Shown here piece by piece: positions 26,741-36,327 of a stretch of 64,000 bases of DNA; the first letter of the stretch is position 1, and every line of letters begins with the position of its first letter. This stretch comes from Verrucomicrobiota bacterium (GTDB taxonomy: Bacteria; Verrucomicrobiota; Verrucomicrobiia; Limisphaerales; UBA11358), in contig JBEKHY010000005.1 in NCBI GenBank assembly GCA_050012035.1, positions 2,871-66,870 on the forward strand. Reading direction: 5' to 3'. The position numbers were made by a program, and so were the translations under genes. The notes below the pieces were generated by a model, which searched no databases, was not told where the DNA came from, and was given only the letters and a program-made list of their open reading frames with translations.

Positions 26741-27937
26741 ATGAAAGAACCCGTGGAACTGAGCATCGTGATGCCGTGTCTGAACGAAGCGGAAACCCTC
26801 GCCCGTTGCATCGAAAAAGCACGGCTCGGCAGCCAGCGCGCGGGTGTGCGCAGTGAAATTGTCGTGGCCGATAACGGCAGCACCGACGGCTCACCGGCGA
26901 TTGCCGAAAAACTGGGCGCCCGCGTCGTGGCCGTGAAGGAAAAGGGCTATGGCAGCGCTCTGCGCGGCGGTATTCAGGCCGCAGCCGGCAAATGGATCAT
27001 CATGGGTGACGCGGACGACAGTTACGACTTTTCCGACATCAATGGCTTCGTCAAAAAATTCCAGGAAGGTTTTGAACTGGTCATGGGTTGCCGGTTGCCG
27101 GCCGGCGGCGGAACCATTTTGCCCGGTGCAATGCCGTGGAAAAACCGCCGGCTCGGCAACCCGGTGTTGACATTCATCGGGCGCTTTTTTTTCAAGTGTC
27201 CGGCGCACGATTTCCATTGCGGCCTGCGCGGTTTCACCAAGGAGGTTTTCGAAAAATTGGACCTGCAGACCACGGGCATGGAGTTCGCCTCGGAAATGGT
27301 CATCAAGGCCACCATCAGGAAGTTCAAAATTGCCGAGGTGCCGATCACGCTGCACAAGGACGGACGTTCGCGCCCGCCGCACTTGAAACCGTGGCGCGAC
27401 GGTTGGCGGCATTTGCGGTTCATGTTGCTTTACTCGCCGCGCTGGTTGTTTCTCATGCCGGGACTTCTGCTCTCGGCACTGGGATTCATTTTCGCCGCAG
27501 CCCTGTCGGTGAATGACATCAAAATCGGCGGCATCGAGTTGAACGTGGGCACACTAATGATGGCGTGTATGGCGGTAATTGTGGGTTTCCAACTGATTGC
27601 ATTCGCGTTCTTCACCAAGGTTTTTGCCATCGCCGAAGGTCTGCTGCCGGCGGACCCCAAACTCACGCGTGTCTTCAAGATTTTCACGCTCGAAAGAGGA
27701 ATTGCCACCGGCCTGGTCGTGTTGCTGGTGGGAACGATTTTATTTCTGCGCGCGCTGTGGCTTTGGCAACAAGCCCACTTCGGCCTTCTGCCGTCCATGG
27801 CTGAAAACCTGCGCCGGCTGATTCCGGCGGCAACGCTCATGATCCTGGGTGTTCAGGGTGTTTTCTCAAGCTTCTTCATGAGTGTGCTGGGCTTGAGAAC
27901 CGTCTCGCGCCGGCCACCAGCACCGGCGGCAAACTAA
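26741..27937 (+). CDS. GT2 polyprenyl-phosphate glycosyltransferase with C-terminal transmembrane domain (GtrB/ArnC/DPM1-like)
   Basis: LSIVMPCLNEAETL, ADNGSTDGS and MGDADDSYDF (DxD), followed by about 4 hydrophobic helices at the C-terminus. Confidence 0.75.
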   Translation: MKEPVELSIVMPCLNEAETLARCIEKARLGSQRAGVRSEIVVADNGSTDGSPAIAEKLGARVVAVKEKGYGSALRGGIQAAAGKWIIMGDADDSYDFSDINGFVKKFQEGFELVMGCRLPAGGGTILPGAMPWKNRRLGNPVLTFIGRFFFKCPAHDFHCGLRGFTKEVFEKLDLQTTGMEFASEMVIKATIRKFKIAEVPITLHKDGRSRPPHLKPWRDGWRHLRFMLLYSPRWLFLMPGLLLSALGFIFAAALSVNDIKIGGIELNVGTLMMACMAVIVGFQLIAFAFFTKVFAIAEGLLPADPKLTRVFKIFTLERGIATGLVVLLVGTILFLRALWLWQQAHFGLLPSMAENLRRLIPAATLMILGVQGVFSSFFMSVLGLRTVSRRPPAPAAN

Positions 27938-28267
27938 GCCTGTTTTTTGCCGATGATGCGATGTGAACCGGCCTTGAGAATTTCTAAGGATAACGTGGCT
28001 GTCCGAGCGTGGATTCCTGGCTCTGCCTAGTTATGCGGCATGGGTTGGATTTTATCGGCATTTCACAAATTAAATCGTGCCAGCTACCTTGACACCACCG
28101 CCATTAACCGGTGATCTAAAATTCATCCCGATGGCTGTTGTCACGCGCCTCTTCCAAGTGTTCAGATGACGCAAGCCTGCGGGGTGCAAAATTGTCACTG
28201 GAGTTTTTGGCATGCCGCTTGACTCTGAGTCGTGGGTTCCATGATGATAGCGAAAAAATAGTGGGAA

Positions 28268-29974
28268 ATGGCTCACAATAACAATTTTCACAATTTCTGC
28301 CACACCCCTGCAAAAGCGAATACCGGATCATGGACATGGCTGATTGGTATTATTGTCTTCTGCATTTCATTGCTCTCAGTAATCGCTCGTGCGCATTTCA
28401 TTCAAACGCGGCCCTTTGCCGGTCGCGTGGATGGGCAGGAGCCCGAGTCACATATTCTGGTCACCGATCTGGCTTTTGAACAAACTTCGTGGAAAACACA
28501 CCACTTCCTGCCCATTTTCACGCTGGGTGCGCCATACAACAAGTACATTAATCAACATCCCGGGGCGGCGTCGGCTGACCGGTTCGGAAATTATTATTAT
28601 TGCAGCACCCCCCCTCTCACATTTGTTCTGCCCTATGTTGCGGTCAAACTGGTGGGGGCAAGTCCGAGCATTGCAGGTTTGAGATGGTACAACATTGTCT
28701 TGCAGGTGCTGTCAGCGCTTGCCATGGCCGGGTTGGTTTTTCTTTGCACGAAGAAAAAAGGGGTTGAATTTGAACTTCGGTTGCTCGCCTCCGCCACGGC
28801 TGCGGTTATTTATATGACTGCTCCCGAATGTCTTAAAAGCCACTCGATCAATTTATGGGCCCAACAATTCTATGCTTTTTTACTGATCATCCAGATCATC
28901 TGTTTTTTATTTTATCCTTCGACGCTTCTGCTGTTCATCTTTGCGTTCATCGGGTGCCTTACGGATTGGACTCCCTACCTCGCCAATCTCGCGATGACTG
29001 GGATTGCGTTGTTTTCATATTGGAAAACCCGCGATTCCCGCGCGCTTCATCTCGCGATGGCTATCATCCTTGGATGCCTCTTGGCAGGCTTATGCATGAT
29101 CGGATGGTTTGCCACCGTCATATCCATTCACGATTATTTTCACAATTTGATCGTTCGCGGATCAGTCCGTGTAGGCTCTCTCTTGAGGACCGTGCGACTG
29201 ATCGTCCGGTATTCAAATTCTTTTGGCCTTTTCTCCCTCATCGGGTTGATGGTCCTTTTTTTGCGGCCGTGGTCTCGCGCCAAACAGCTGGTCGTGCCGC
29301 ACGGCGGGGTAATCCTTCCCGGCAAGGATCCTTTTCCTGTTTCGTTTCTCATTATGGGCGTCGCCCTGCTGGAGAATCTGTTGATGGGTGACCATGCCTG
29401 CGCTTTTTCGTACGACCGTCTGAAGGGGGTGCAATGTTTGGCGTTTTTCATTGTTTGGGGAACGACCTGGAGCCGGAGGGCTTCCGCGTGGGCCTTCGGT
29501 CTAAGTGTCATGGTTGGTCTGTTTTCCATCTGGTTCTTTTGGAGAACCTATGAAACACCGCAAGGATGGAATTATGTCGCCCATTCGGAACAGGAACGAT
29601 TGGGAGAAATCATCGTCAAAACCGTGTCGTCAAACGGCCCGGCGTTTTTTAACCGTGATGTGCGTGGTGCCGAGGTTTATTATGCGCATCGTAATATTTT
29701 TCAATTGGGCGACAATCCTGACGTGGTAGCCTTCGTGCAAGCGTGGTGCCGTCAGCACCACTTCACAGAGGGAACCTTGTATGAAATCTCCGGCCATTAT
29801 CCTTTTCCCGAAGAACAGGATCTTCCCCGGTCATTAAGGGTTCGCCGTGTCTATGCCAATGGGGAAATTATGGATCTTGGTATTTTTCAAATGCCCGAGA
29901 AACCGGGAGATTATCATGATCCGTTGGGTGATGCTACATCGGATTGGTTCCCCGATGCACCCGCTTGGCGTTGA
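28268..29974 (+). CDS. Polytopic membrane protein (GT-C-like candidate), lower G+C
   Basis: 568 aa with more than 10 hydrophobic segments and a soluble C-terminal domain. Codon usage is AT-richer than in flanking genes by eye. Confidence 0.55.
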   Translation: MAHNNNFHNFCHTPAKANTGSWTWLIGIIVFCISLLSVIARAHFIQTRPFAGRVDGQEPESHILVTDLAFEQTSWKTHHFLPIFTLGAPYNKYINQHPGAASADRFGNYYYCSTPPLTFVLPYVAVKLVGASPSIAGLRWYNIVLQVLSALAMAGLVFLCTKKKGVEFELRLLASATAAVIYMTAPECLKSHSINLWAQQFYAFLLIIQIICFLFYPSTLLLFIFAFIGCLTDWTPYLANLAMTGIALFSYWKTRDSRALHLAMAIILGCLLAGLCMIGWFATVISIHDYFHNLIVRGSVRVGSLLRTVRLIVRYSNSFGLFSLIGLMVLFLRPWSRAKQLVVPHGGVILPGKDPFPVSFLIMGVALLENLLMGDHACAFSYDRLKGVQCLAFFIVWGTTWSRRASAWAFGLSVMVGLFSIWFFWRTYETPQGWNYVAHSEQERLGEIIVKTVSSNGPAFFNRDVRGAEVYYAHRNIFQLGDNPDVVAFVQAWCRQHHFTEGTLYEISGHYPFPEEQDLPRSLRVRRVYANGEIMDLGIFQMPEKPGDYHDPLGDATSDWFPDAPAWR

Positions 29975-30282
29975 TCTCATGCCCCTCCCGGCGTAGCCAC
30001 ACCGTTACTCGCCGATACCCGTAGCGCGGACGGGGCGTCGTGCAGATTATTCCTGTTCATCTCCTCTCCATCACACCGTCGCGGAAAACGCCATCGGGAA
30101 TGCTGCCAGAGAAACCGTCGGGGAATGGGTATGGAGTCAGGATGATTCCTTGGTGGATGAGTCGGCCTTTGCCGCGAAGTCCCCGGTGCGCGCCTAAATC
30201 ACTACAACCTCGTCTGCGTTTCTCCGCGAGACGAAATAGCGCAACCGCAGCAGCAATCATGAAATTTTTGCGATGGAAATGG

Positions 30283-31146
30283 TCACAGTGCCAGCCTCCA
30301 CACCTGAAACGGACGGCAGATCAAACCCGCCGCCGCGTTCGGCGAAAAATCCGGGCTCGGGTTTTGATACATCAGGCTCATCAGGTTGTCGCTGCGGAAA
30401 TTCAAGCGCAGGCCGCAGACTTCCGCCGTTTTCAACCCGGCCCAGAGCAGCCGCCACGGTAGCGGAATGAATGTCACTTTTTTGTTCAACCCGCGGGCGA
30501 TTTCCGAAAGCAGTTGTTTGAAAGGCCATGGCCGTTCATGCGCGGCGGTCAAGATGCGCGGCGCGACCGCAATTTTTCCGTCGGCGACCTTCTCAATGAA
30601 CGCGGCCAAATCTTCCTGGTGAACCAGGAACTGGGCCTGCGTGCCGCCGCCGAAAACCGGCAGCACCGATGACTTGCGGACCTGCGCCACGAGCCGGCCG
30701 AACATGCCGGCCGGTTCACCGCCATAGACCAGTCCCGGACGCATGACAAGCGCGCCGTTGTCCCGCGCAATCTTTTCAATCTCCAATTTTGCCTTGCCGT
30801 AAAGCGAGCGGCAACCGTCGTAGGCGCTGATGGAGGAGAGACAAACGATTTTGCCAACCCCCGCCGCGCGCGCGGCCTGAATAAGTTTTCGCGTGCCCTC
30901 CACATTTACCGCGTGAATTTCCGCCCAGCGCAGCGGCTGGAAATCGTAGGCGCAATGCACGAGCACGCCGGCTGCCGCCAGCGCCTGCGGGGAAATTTCT
31001 GCGCCCAGTTGGAAAGCCACCGCCCGCGCGCCGGCTGCCGGCCGGCGGGTCAATTCCAGCATTTCCCAGCCGCGCGCCCCAAAATAATTTTTGAGGCAGC
31101 CACCGACGTAACCGTTACTGCCGGTGATGGCGCACAAGTTTTTCAT
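30283..31146 (-). CDS. Extended SDR, NAD-dependent epimerase/reductase family
   Basis: ITGSNGYVGG Rossmann motif; SSISAY ... YGKAK catalytic residues. Confidence 0.75.
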   Translation of the reverse strand: MKNLCAITGSNGYVGGCLKNYFGARGWEMLELTRRPAAGARAVAFQLGAEISPQALAAAGVLVHCAYDFQPLRWAEIHAVNVEGTRKLIQAARAAGVGKIVCLSSISAYDGCRSLYGKAKLEIEKIARDNGALVMRPGLVYGGEPAGMFGRLVAQVRKSSVLPVFGGGTQAQFLVHQEDLAAFIEKVADGKIAVAPRILTAAHERPWPFKQLLSEIARGLNKKVTFIPLPWRLLWAGLKTAEVCGLRLNFRSDNLMSLMYQNPSPDFSPNAAAGLICRPFQVWRLAL

Positions 31147-31234
31147 GGATTCATTTTAAATAATTCAACCACGAAATACTCGAAACACGCGAATAGAAAC
31201 GCAAATTTTTCGTGCCATGTCGTGTGTTTCGTGG

Positions 31235-32821
31235 TCAATCCATCCCGGCGGTTTCCCAGCCGATGCGATGGGCGTTGGCCATGACGGATAAAGTAATGGT
31301 CGTCGCCGGCGCGTCCGGCAGAACCGTCGCGTCCACCGCGTGCACGCGCGTCCAGCCGTGCGGCCGGCCGAGGCAATCGCTTTCGAACGGCTGCGGATTT
31401 TTGCGCATCGGTATCGAGCCGCCGCAGTGGAAGCCGCGTCCGGGTTCAGCCAGTTGCAGCATCGGCGGCAGAACGAGGCCGCCGAGCCGGCGCGATTGCC
31501 GGAGCAGTTCGCGCACGACACGTTTGACCGCGCGGCGGGTTTCGGGATTGGGTAACGCGTTCAGGTGCAGGCAGTCCTTTTCGCCGTCGCGTTTCAACGT
31601 CATTTCAATGGTCCGCGACTCGTCCGAGTGCAGGTAGCCCTGCACAATCACCATGCGTTCTTCAAGTCGCCGCGCCAGCTTTTCGAGCGGGCGTGCGAAC
31701 GCCCCGAACGTGTTCCGCACGGCTTCCCCGATCAAATCGCTGTAGGTGTAAATTTGCAGATGCACGGTATGGCGGCTGATGCGCGGGTGGCAAAGTTCGA
31801 TGAAAACCTGGCTGAGGGTGTAGAGCGATTCGGTTGGGACATTCCGGGTCCGGCGCGCCAGCACGAGCGGAAAAAGGAAATACTGGCTGTCGCGCAAAGG
31901 CAACGGGCGGTCGTAGGCGGATTGGGCGCGCAATAGAATTTGCGCCGTCGAAATGACGCCCGCCGCCAGATACGCGCGGTCCGCTTCAAACGCCAGCGGG
32001 GCGCGCGTTTGGCGGTGGAAACTTTCGATGGCAACCTTGCCGGCGCGTTCGCGCAAGGCCGTAACGATGACGTCGCGCTGGTACGAGAAATTGTTTTCCG
32101 CGCGCAGTTCGCGCACGGTGTCGGCGCTGTTGTAGATGCAGCCGTAAGGGCAGCCGTACATGCAAAAACCGCAATAGAGACAGCCGATGCCGCGGGGCCC
32201 ATCAGCGGCACGCACGGCCAGCCGCGCGCGGCCGAACCGCCAGCCGCGTCCACGCAGGGCGTCGCGATGACGGGAAAGATTCTGGAGCAAAACCGCGGCT
32301 TGCTGGCTGGGCTGAAGCACGTGCGGATGGTCACAATGCAACGGGAACCATTCCTCCAAATCGTCGTGTTGTGCGGCCAGCCCGGTGAGTTCAATCACGG
32401 CACGGTAATGTTTTTCCAATTGCGCGCTTTGGATGGGCCAGTCGGCGATGTCCGTGTTGCGATACGGCAGCAGGGTCGCGCCCCAGACGTTGCTGAGGCC
32501 GCCAAGGGCCAGCGATGGCCGCACACTGGTGCCGTGACCGTGCCAGGGAATGTGCGTTTCCGTTTCACGGTAGGGAAAGTCCGAACCGAAAGCCAGCTTG
32601 AGCGGGATGCCCTTGGCGTTGGCGGCCATGTTACCTTTCAGCCGGGCGGCGTCGGCCATGGCCCAGGCGGAAGGTTTCTTGTCGGCAAATAGACGGACGA
32701 TTCGGGCGCGATCGGGTTCCAGTTCGAGGCCGGCATCAAGCATCAACACGCTGGCTCCCCGCGCCAGCAACGCCTTGGCGCAGGCGACGCCCGCAGGGCC
32801 GGAGCCAATGACGCAATGCAT
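31235..32821 (-). CDS. GMC-family FAD oxidoreductase with embedded ferredoxin-type Cys motif
   Basis: VIGSGPAGVACA FAD motif; GMC C-terminal pattern (FHCGGSIPM...VHAVDATVLP). CLYCGFCMYGCP gives C-x2-C-x2-C-x3-CP at 32138-32182. Confidence 0.7.
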   Translation of the reverse strand: MHCVIGSGPAGVACAKALLARGASVLMLDAGLELEPDRARIVRLFADKKPSAWAMADAARLKGNMAANAKGIPLKLAFGSDFPYRETETHIPWHGHGTSVRPSLALGGLSNVWGATLLPYRNTDIADWPIQSAQLEKHYRAVIELTGLAAQHDDLEEWFPLHCDHPHVLQPSQQAAVLLQNLSRHRDALRGRGWRFGRARLAVRAADGPRGIGCLYCGFCMYGCPYGCIYNSADTVRELRAENNFSYQRDVIVTALRERAGKVAIESFHRQTRAPLAFEADRAYLAAGVISTAQILLRAQSAYDRPLPLRDSQYFLFPLVLARRTRNVPTESLYTLSQVFIELCHPRISRHTVHLQIYTYSDLIGEAVRNTFGAFARPLEKLARRLEERMVIVQGYLHSDESRTIEMTLKRDGEKDCLHLNALPNPETRRAVKRVVRELLRQSRRLGGLVLPPMLQLAEPGRGFHCGGSIPMRKNPQPFESDCLGRPHGWTRVHAVDATVLPDAPATTITLSVMANAHRIGWETAGMD

Positions 32822-33038
32822 AAATCGCTTTGCCACCGGGTGGCGGGATGCCCTCACGTCACTTGGATTCTGACGGAGTAACGCAACGGGAATTACAATA
32901 GAACGGCGTTGGATGAACTCAAGCGCATTTATCCCGGAAAGTGGGAACGGGCGTCATTTTTTATAGCACTCCATCGTTGCCCAAATTCAAGAAAGCATTT
33001 ATGGTACTAATTTGAATCATACACGAAAAGCCAGTCGC

Positions 33039-34691
33039 ATGAGTGTCGAATTACATTTCAACGGACAGCGAACCAGCGTCAGGCCGGGTTCGTCGCTGTT
33101 CGATTGCGCCGAGTCGCTCGGCGTCCATGTGCCGACATCCTGCCGCAAGCAGGGCAAATGCAAGGAGTGTGTCGTGGAGGTCATCGAAGGCATGGAGTGT
33201 CTCTCCCGGCCCGTGCCGGCGGAAAAACATCTGAAAGGCCCGTTCCGTTTGTCCTGCTCGTGCAAAATCATTGCTGATTCCGGCGTCGTCCGCTGCCACA
33301 CGATGCGGCGCGGAGAGATGAAAATAGAACGCCATGCGTTCCAACTGCCGGCGGGAAGTCAAAAATGGAAACTGGATCCGGCCGTCACCCGTGACGGCGG
33401 CCGGATTCTGCTGGACGGGGAGGAAATTGACCGCTCGACGGGACCGATCCACGGGCTGGCGTTGGATTTGGGGACCACAACTATTGTGCTCCGGCTCCTG
33501 AACCTGGAAACCGGCGAGATCGTTGCCGATGCTTCGTTTGAAAATCCACAACGCTTTGGCGGCTCGGACGTGATGGCGCGAATCCATTACGACACGCACG
33601 ACCCCAGCAAACTGCTGCAGCGGACACTCGCCGGCTATTTAAGCCATGCCATCGAGGAATTTCCAGTGGACCCGAAGACAATTTACGAACTGGTCGTCGC
33701 GGGCAATTCCACCATGCGTGACCTGTTCTTCCGCCTGAATGTTTATTCCATCGGCCAAAGCCCCTACCGTTCCATTACCGAACTGGAGATGGCGGACGGC
33801 CGCCGGACGACGACCAGCCTGAGCGAACCGGCGAAAAAATTCCTGCTGCCACTGCATCCCCGGGCGCGGACTTACGGCCTGCCGATCATCAGCGGTCACG
33901 TGGGCGCGGACGCCGCCGCCGGCATGTTGGCCGTGGATCTGGCAAATGAGGAGCGGCTGGTGGCCCTCATGGACATCGGCACGAACACGGAATTGATTCT
34001 GGGAAACAAAAACAAAATTTTCGCGGCGTCCTGTCCCGCCGGGCCGGCATTCGAGGGTGGCAAGATTGCCTGTGGCATGCCGGGACTGCCGGGCGCCATT
34101 GAAAAGGTTAAGCTCAACGCGGACGGCTCCTTTTTCGTGCAGGTGATTGGCGACGGTCCCGCGGAGGGCATTTGCGGCTCCGGCCTGGTGGATTTGTTGG
34201 GCGAACTGCTGAAAAACCATCGTATCAATGCCTTGGGCCGGTTTGAGCACGGCGAGGACCGGATTCTTCTGGATGTGAACAGCGATTCGCCGATTTATTT
34301 CACCGAAGGCGACATCAACGAGCTGGCCCAGGCCAAGGGCGCCAATGTCGCGGGCCTGCACATTGTCTTTGAGCGCTATGGAATCCGTTTTGAAGACCTG
34401 GACGTTTTTTATCTGGCCGGCGGTTTTGGACGGCATTTGAATGTTGAATCCTCGAAACGCATCGGTTTGATTCCGAACCTGGACGATGCGAAAATTCTGC
34501 AGGTCGGCAACGCCTCGATTGAAGGCGCCTGCATTGCCTTGTTGTCGCGGACCAAGCGCCGGGAACTGGAAGACATGGTCAAACGCGTGACGCATTGCCG
34601 CTTGGAAACCCACCCGCATTTCTTCGATTACTTCGTTGAAGGCTGCCAGTTTCGTCCCGTGGCATCCGCCAAGGCAGCGGCAGTCCGTTAA
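33039..34691 (+). CDS. RACo-like corrinoid reductive activase (2Fe-2S ferredoxin domain + ASKHA/DUF4445 ATPase)
   Basis: N-terminal C-x5-C-x2-C (SCRKQGKCKEC) plus a later Cys. ASKHA motifs LDLGTTTIVL, MDIGTNTELIL and GICGSGLVD. Confidence 0.75.
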   Translation: MSVELHFNGQRTSVRPGSSLFDCAESLGVHVPTSCRKQGKCKECVVEVIEGMECLSRPVPAEKHLKGPFRLSCSCKIIADSGVVRCHTMRRGEMKIERHAFQLPAGSQKWKLDPAVTRDGGRILLDGEEIDRSTGPIHGLALDLGTTTIVLRLLNLETGEIVADASFENPQRFGGSDVMARIHYDTHDPSKLLQRTLAGYLSHAIEEFPVDPKTIYELVVAGNSTMRDLFFRLNVYSIGQSPYRSITELEMADGRRTTTSLSEPAKKFLLPLHPRARTYGLPIISGHVGADAAAGMLAVDLANEERLVALMDIGTNTELILGNKNKIFAASCPAGPAFEGGKIACGMPGLPGAIEKVKLNADGSFFVQVIGDGPAEGICGSGLVDLLGELLKNHRINALGRFEHGEDRILLDVNSDSPIYFTEGDINELAQAKGANVAGLHIVFERYGIRFEDLDVFYLAGGFGRHLNVESSKRIGLIPNLDDAKILQVGNASIEGACIALLSRTKRRELEDMVKRVTHCRLETHPHFFDYFVEGCQFRPVASAKAAAVR

Positions 34692-34707
34692 TTTCCCGAT
34701 TTCTGGC

Positions 34708-35985
34708 ATGTTCGAACTGATTGACACAAAGCCGCCCGTCAATGTGCAGGAGGCCGAATACCGGCGGTTGCTTGGATATCCGAAGCAGCATGTGCCGGAT
34801 GGGCGGGCGCGCGAACTGGCTGGCCGGGCGCGAACATGGTATGCGGAAAACGGGAAGCCGTGGATTTATGCCCGGCAGACCGATGGCTTGAAGCTGAAAA
34901 ACAAACGGTTGCAGGTGCGTGGAACGGATTTCACATCGAAGCAGCTTCATGATCAATTCGTAGCCGCCCAGGCCCACACGGCGGTGCTCGTCGCAGTGAG
35001 CGCCGGGCGGGAATGCGAGGAAAAGGCGCACCAGTTCTGGCGGGAAGGAAAACCGGACGAATATTTCTTCACGGAGATGTACGGCTCGGCGGTGGTCGAG
35101 CATCTGGTGACGATTGCCAGCGGCCACATCTGCGGCTGGGCGGATCAACATGGCATGGCGGCTCTGCCGCATTACAGTCCGGGTTATTCGGGTTGGGACA
35201 TATCCGATCAAATCAGACTGTGGAAATTGATCCGGCAAAAAATGGGCCGAGATTTTCCCGGCGACATTCAGGTGCTGGACACCGGGATGTTGCGGCCCAA
35301 GAAATCGCTGCTGGCCGTATTCGGCCTCACGCGGCATCTGGACAGGGTGCGGGACCTGGCAGCGTTGATTCCCTGCGAAAATTGTTCGCTGCCGGGCTGT
35401 CAATATCGCCGCGCGCCCTACCGGCGTTCACCGCCGCAAATTGAAGACGTGCGCCGGCTCCAGAGCGGTGTGGCCGACGATGTGGACGCGCCTCTCACTG
35501 TCGGCTCGACGTTGAATCACCACGCCCGCTACAGCGTCAATACCCGCGCATTGCAGAAGTGGTCACAGGAACGGTTGCAACTGAAGTTTTTGGCGGATCG
35601 CTCGGTGGCAGCCCGCTTTCATTACGAAGGCACCACCTGCTCCAATCTGGGGCGGTCGCTGGCATTTCACTATGACGTGAGACTCGGACCGCCCGAAGAC
35701 GGTTACCGGATTCTGGCCACCGGTTGCGCTCCGGCTCCCGGCGACACTGGCCACCAATACCAATGTGAATATCTGAATGACTCCGAAGCACTCATGAACA
35801 GCATTGCCGGCGAGAAACCCCTGCTCGGCCGGCCTTTGAACGAGGTCCTGACCTGGGAACGTCCCTACGATCCTTCCGGCTGTTATTGCGATGCAGCGCG
35901 GCGCGAACACAAGTGGGGCCTGGTTTTTGAGGTGATCCATTACGCCCTGGTCCAACGCTTGAATAATGAGAGAGACGCGCAGTGA
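34708..35985 (+). CDS. MetH activation (AdoMet-binding reactivation) domain-like protein with extra ~190-aa C-terminal domain
   Basis: The first ~210 aa carry HYSPGYSGWDISDQIRLWKL...LDTGMLRPKKSLLAVFG (Met_synt_B12-type pattern). This is followed by C-x2-C-x4-C and an uncharacterised domain (FHYEGTTCSNLG...SGCYCDAARREHKWG). Confidence 0.6.
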   Translation: MFELIDTKPPVNVQEAEYRRLLGYPKQHVPDGRARELAGRARTWYAENGKPWIYARQTDGLKLKNKRLQVRGTDFTSKQLHDQFVAAQAHTAVLVAVSAGRECEEKAHQFWREGKPDEYFFTEMYGSAVVEHLVTIASGHICGWADQHGMAALPHYSPGYSGWDISDQIRLWKLIRQKMGRDFPGDIQVLDTGMLRPKKSLLAVFGLTRHLDRVRDLAALIPCENCSLPGCQYRRAPYRRSPPQIEDVRRLQSGVADDVDAPLTVGSTLNHHARYSVNTRALQKWSQERLQLKFLADRSVAARFHYEGTTCSNLGRSLAFHYDVRLGPPEDGYRILATGCAPAPGDTGHQYQCEYLNDSEALMNSIAGEKPLLGRPLNEVLTWERPYDPSGCYCDAARREHKWGLVFEVIHYALVQRLNNERDAQ

Positions 35986-36003
35986 CGTGCGAACAATTCG
36001 AGA

Positions 36004-36327
36004 CTATTTACCACTGCCGTGCCTGCGAATTAAAATCAGGGCGATAATCGTAACCAACCGCGTTGGCCAGTCCTTGAAAACCATTACGAAGGCGATTAGC
36101 AGCAGTTGTAAAGTTTCGTTGAATGCCTTGATTTGCGCGGCAGAGCGCATTCTGATTCGCGGCGAATTTCTCCTCAAACCGCTGTAAAAGTTCACATGTG
36201 CAGTGTTGCGGATCCACACGAGCAAGCCGTTGATTTTTTCCGCGAGTAGCTCTGCCGCTTTGGGCGACTGCCTTGTTTTGGTTGCGGCGTTGCCGCCACC
36301 ATCTTTCGTGTTATTTAAGTCTGGCAT
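36004..36327 (-). CDS. Hypothetical small protein; frame ambiguous, possibly frameshifted
   Basis: The 107-aa ORF overlaps a second, more protein-like frame (36008-36217: ELLQRFEEKFAANQNALCRANQGIQRNF...). The N-terminus MPDLNNTKDGGGNAATKTRQSPKAAELLAEKING is plausible. Confidence 0.3.
   Translation of the reverse strand: MPDLNNTKDGGGNAATKTRQSPKAAELLAEKINGLLVWIRNTAHVNFYSGLRRNSPRIRMRSAAQIKAFNETLQLLLIAFVMVFKDWPTRLVTIIALILIRRHGSGK

Noticed and set aside
32858-33038. Looked for a cobalamin riboswitch upstream of the RACo-like gene
   Set aside because: No B12-box (AGYCMGGAGACCKGCC-like) sequence was seen.
33639-34742. 367-aa minus-strand ORF
   Set aside because: It is antisense to the RACo-like gene, whose ASKHA motifs identify the true frame.
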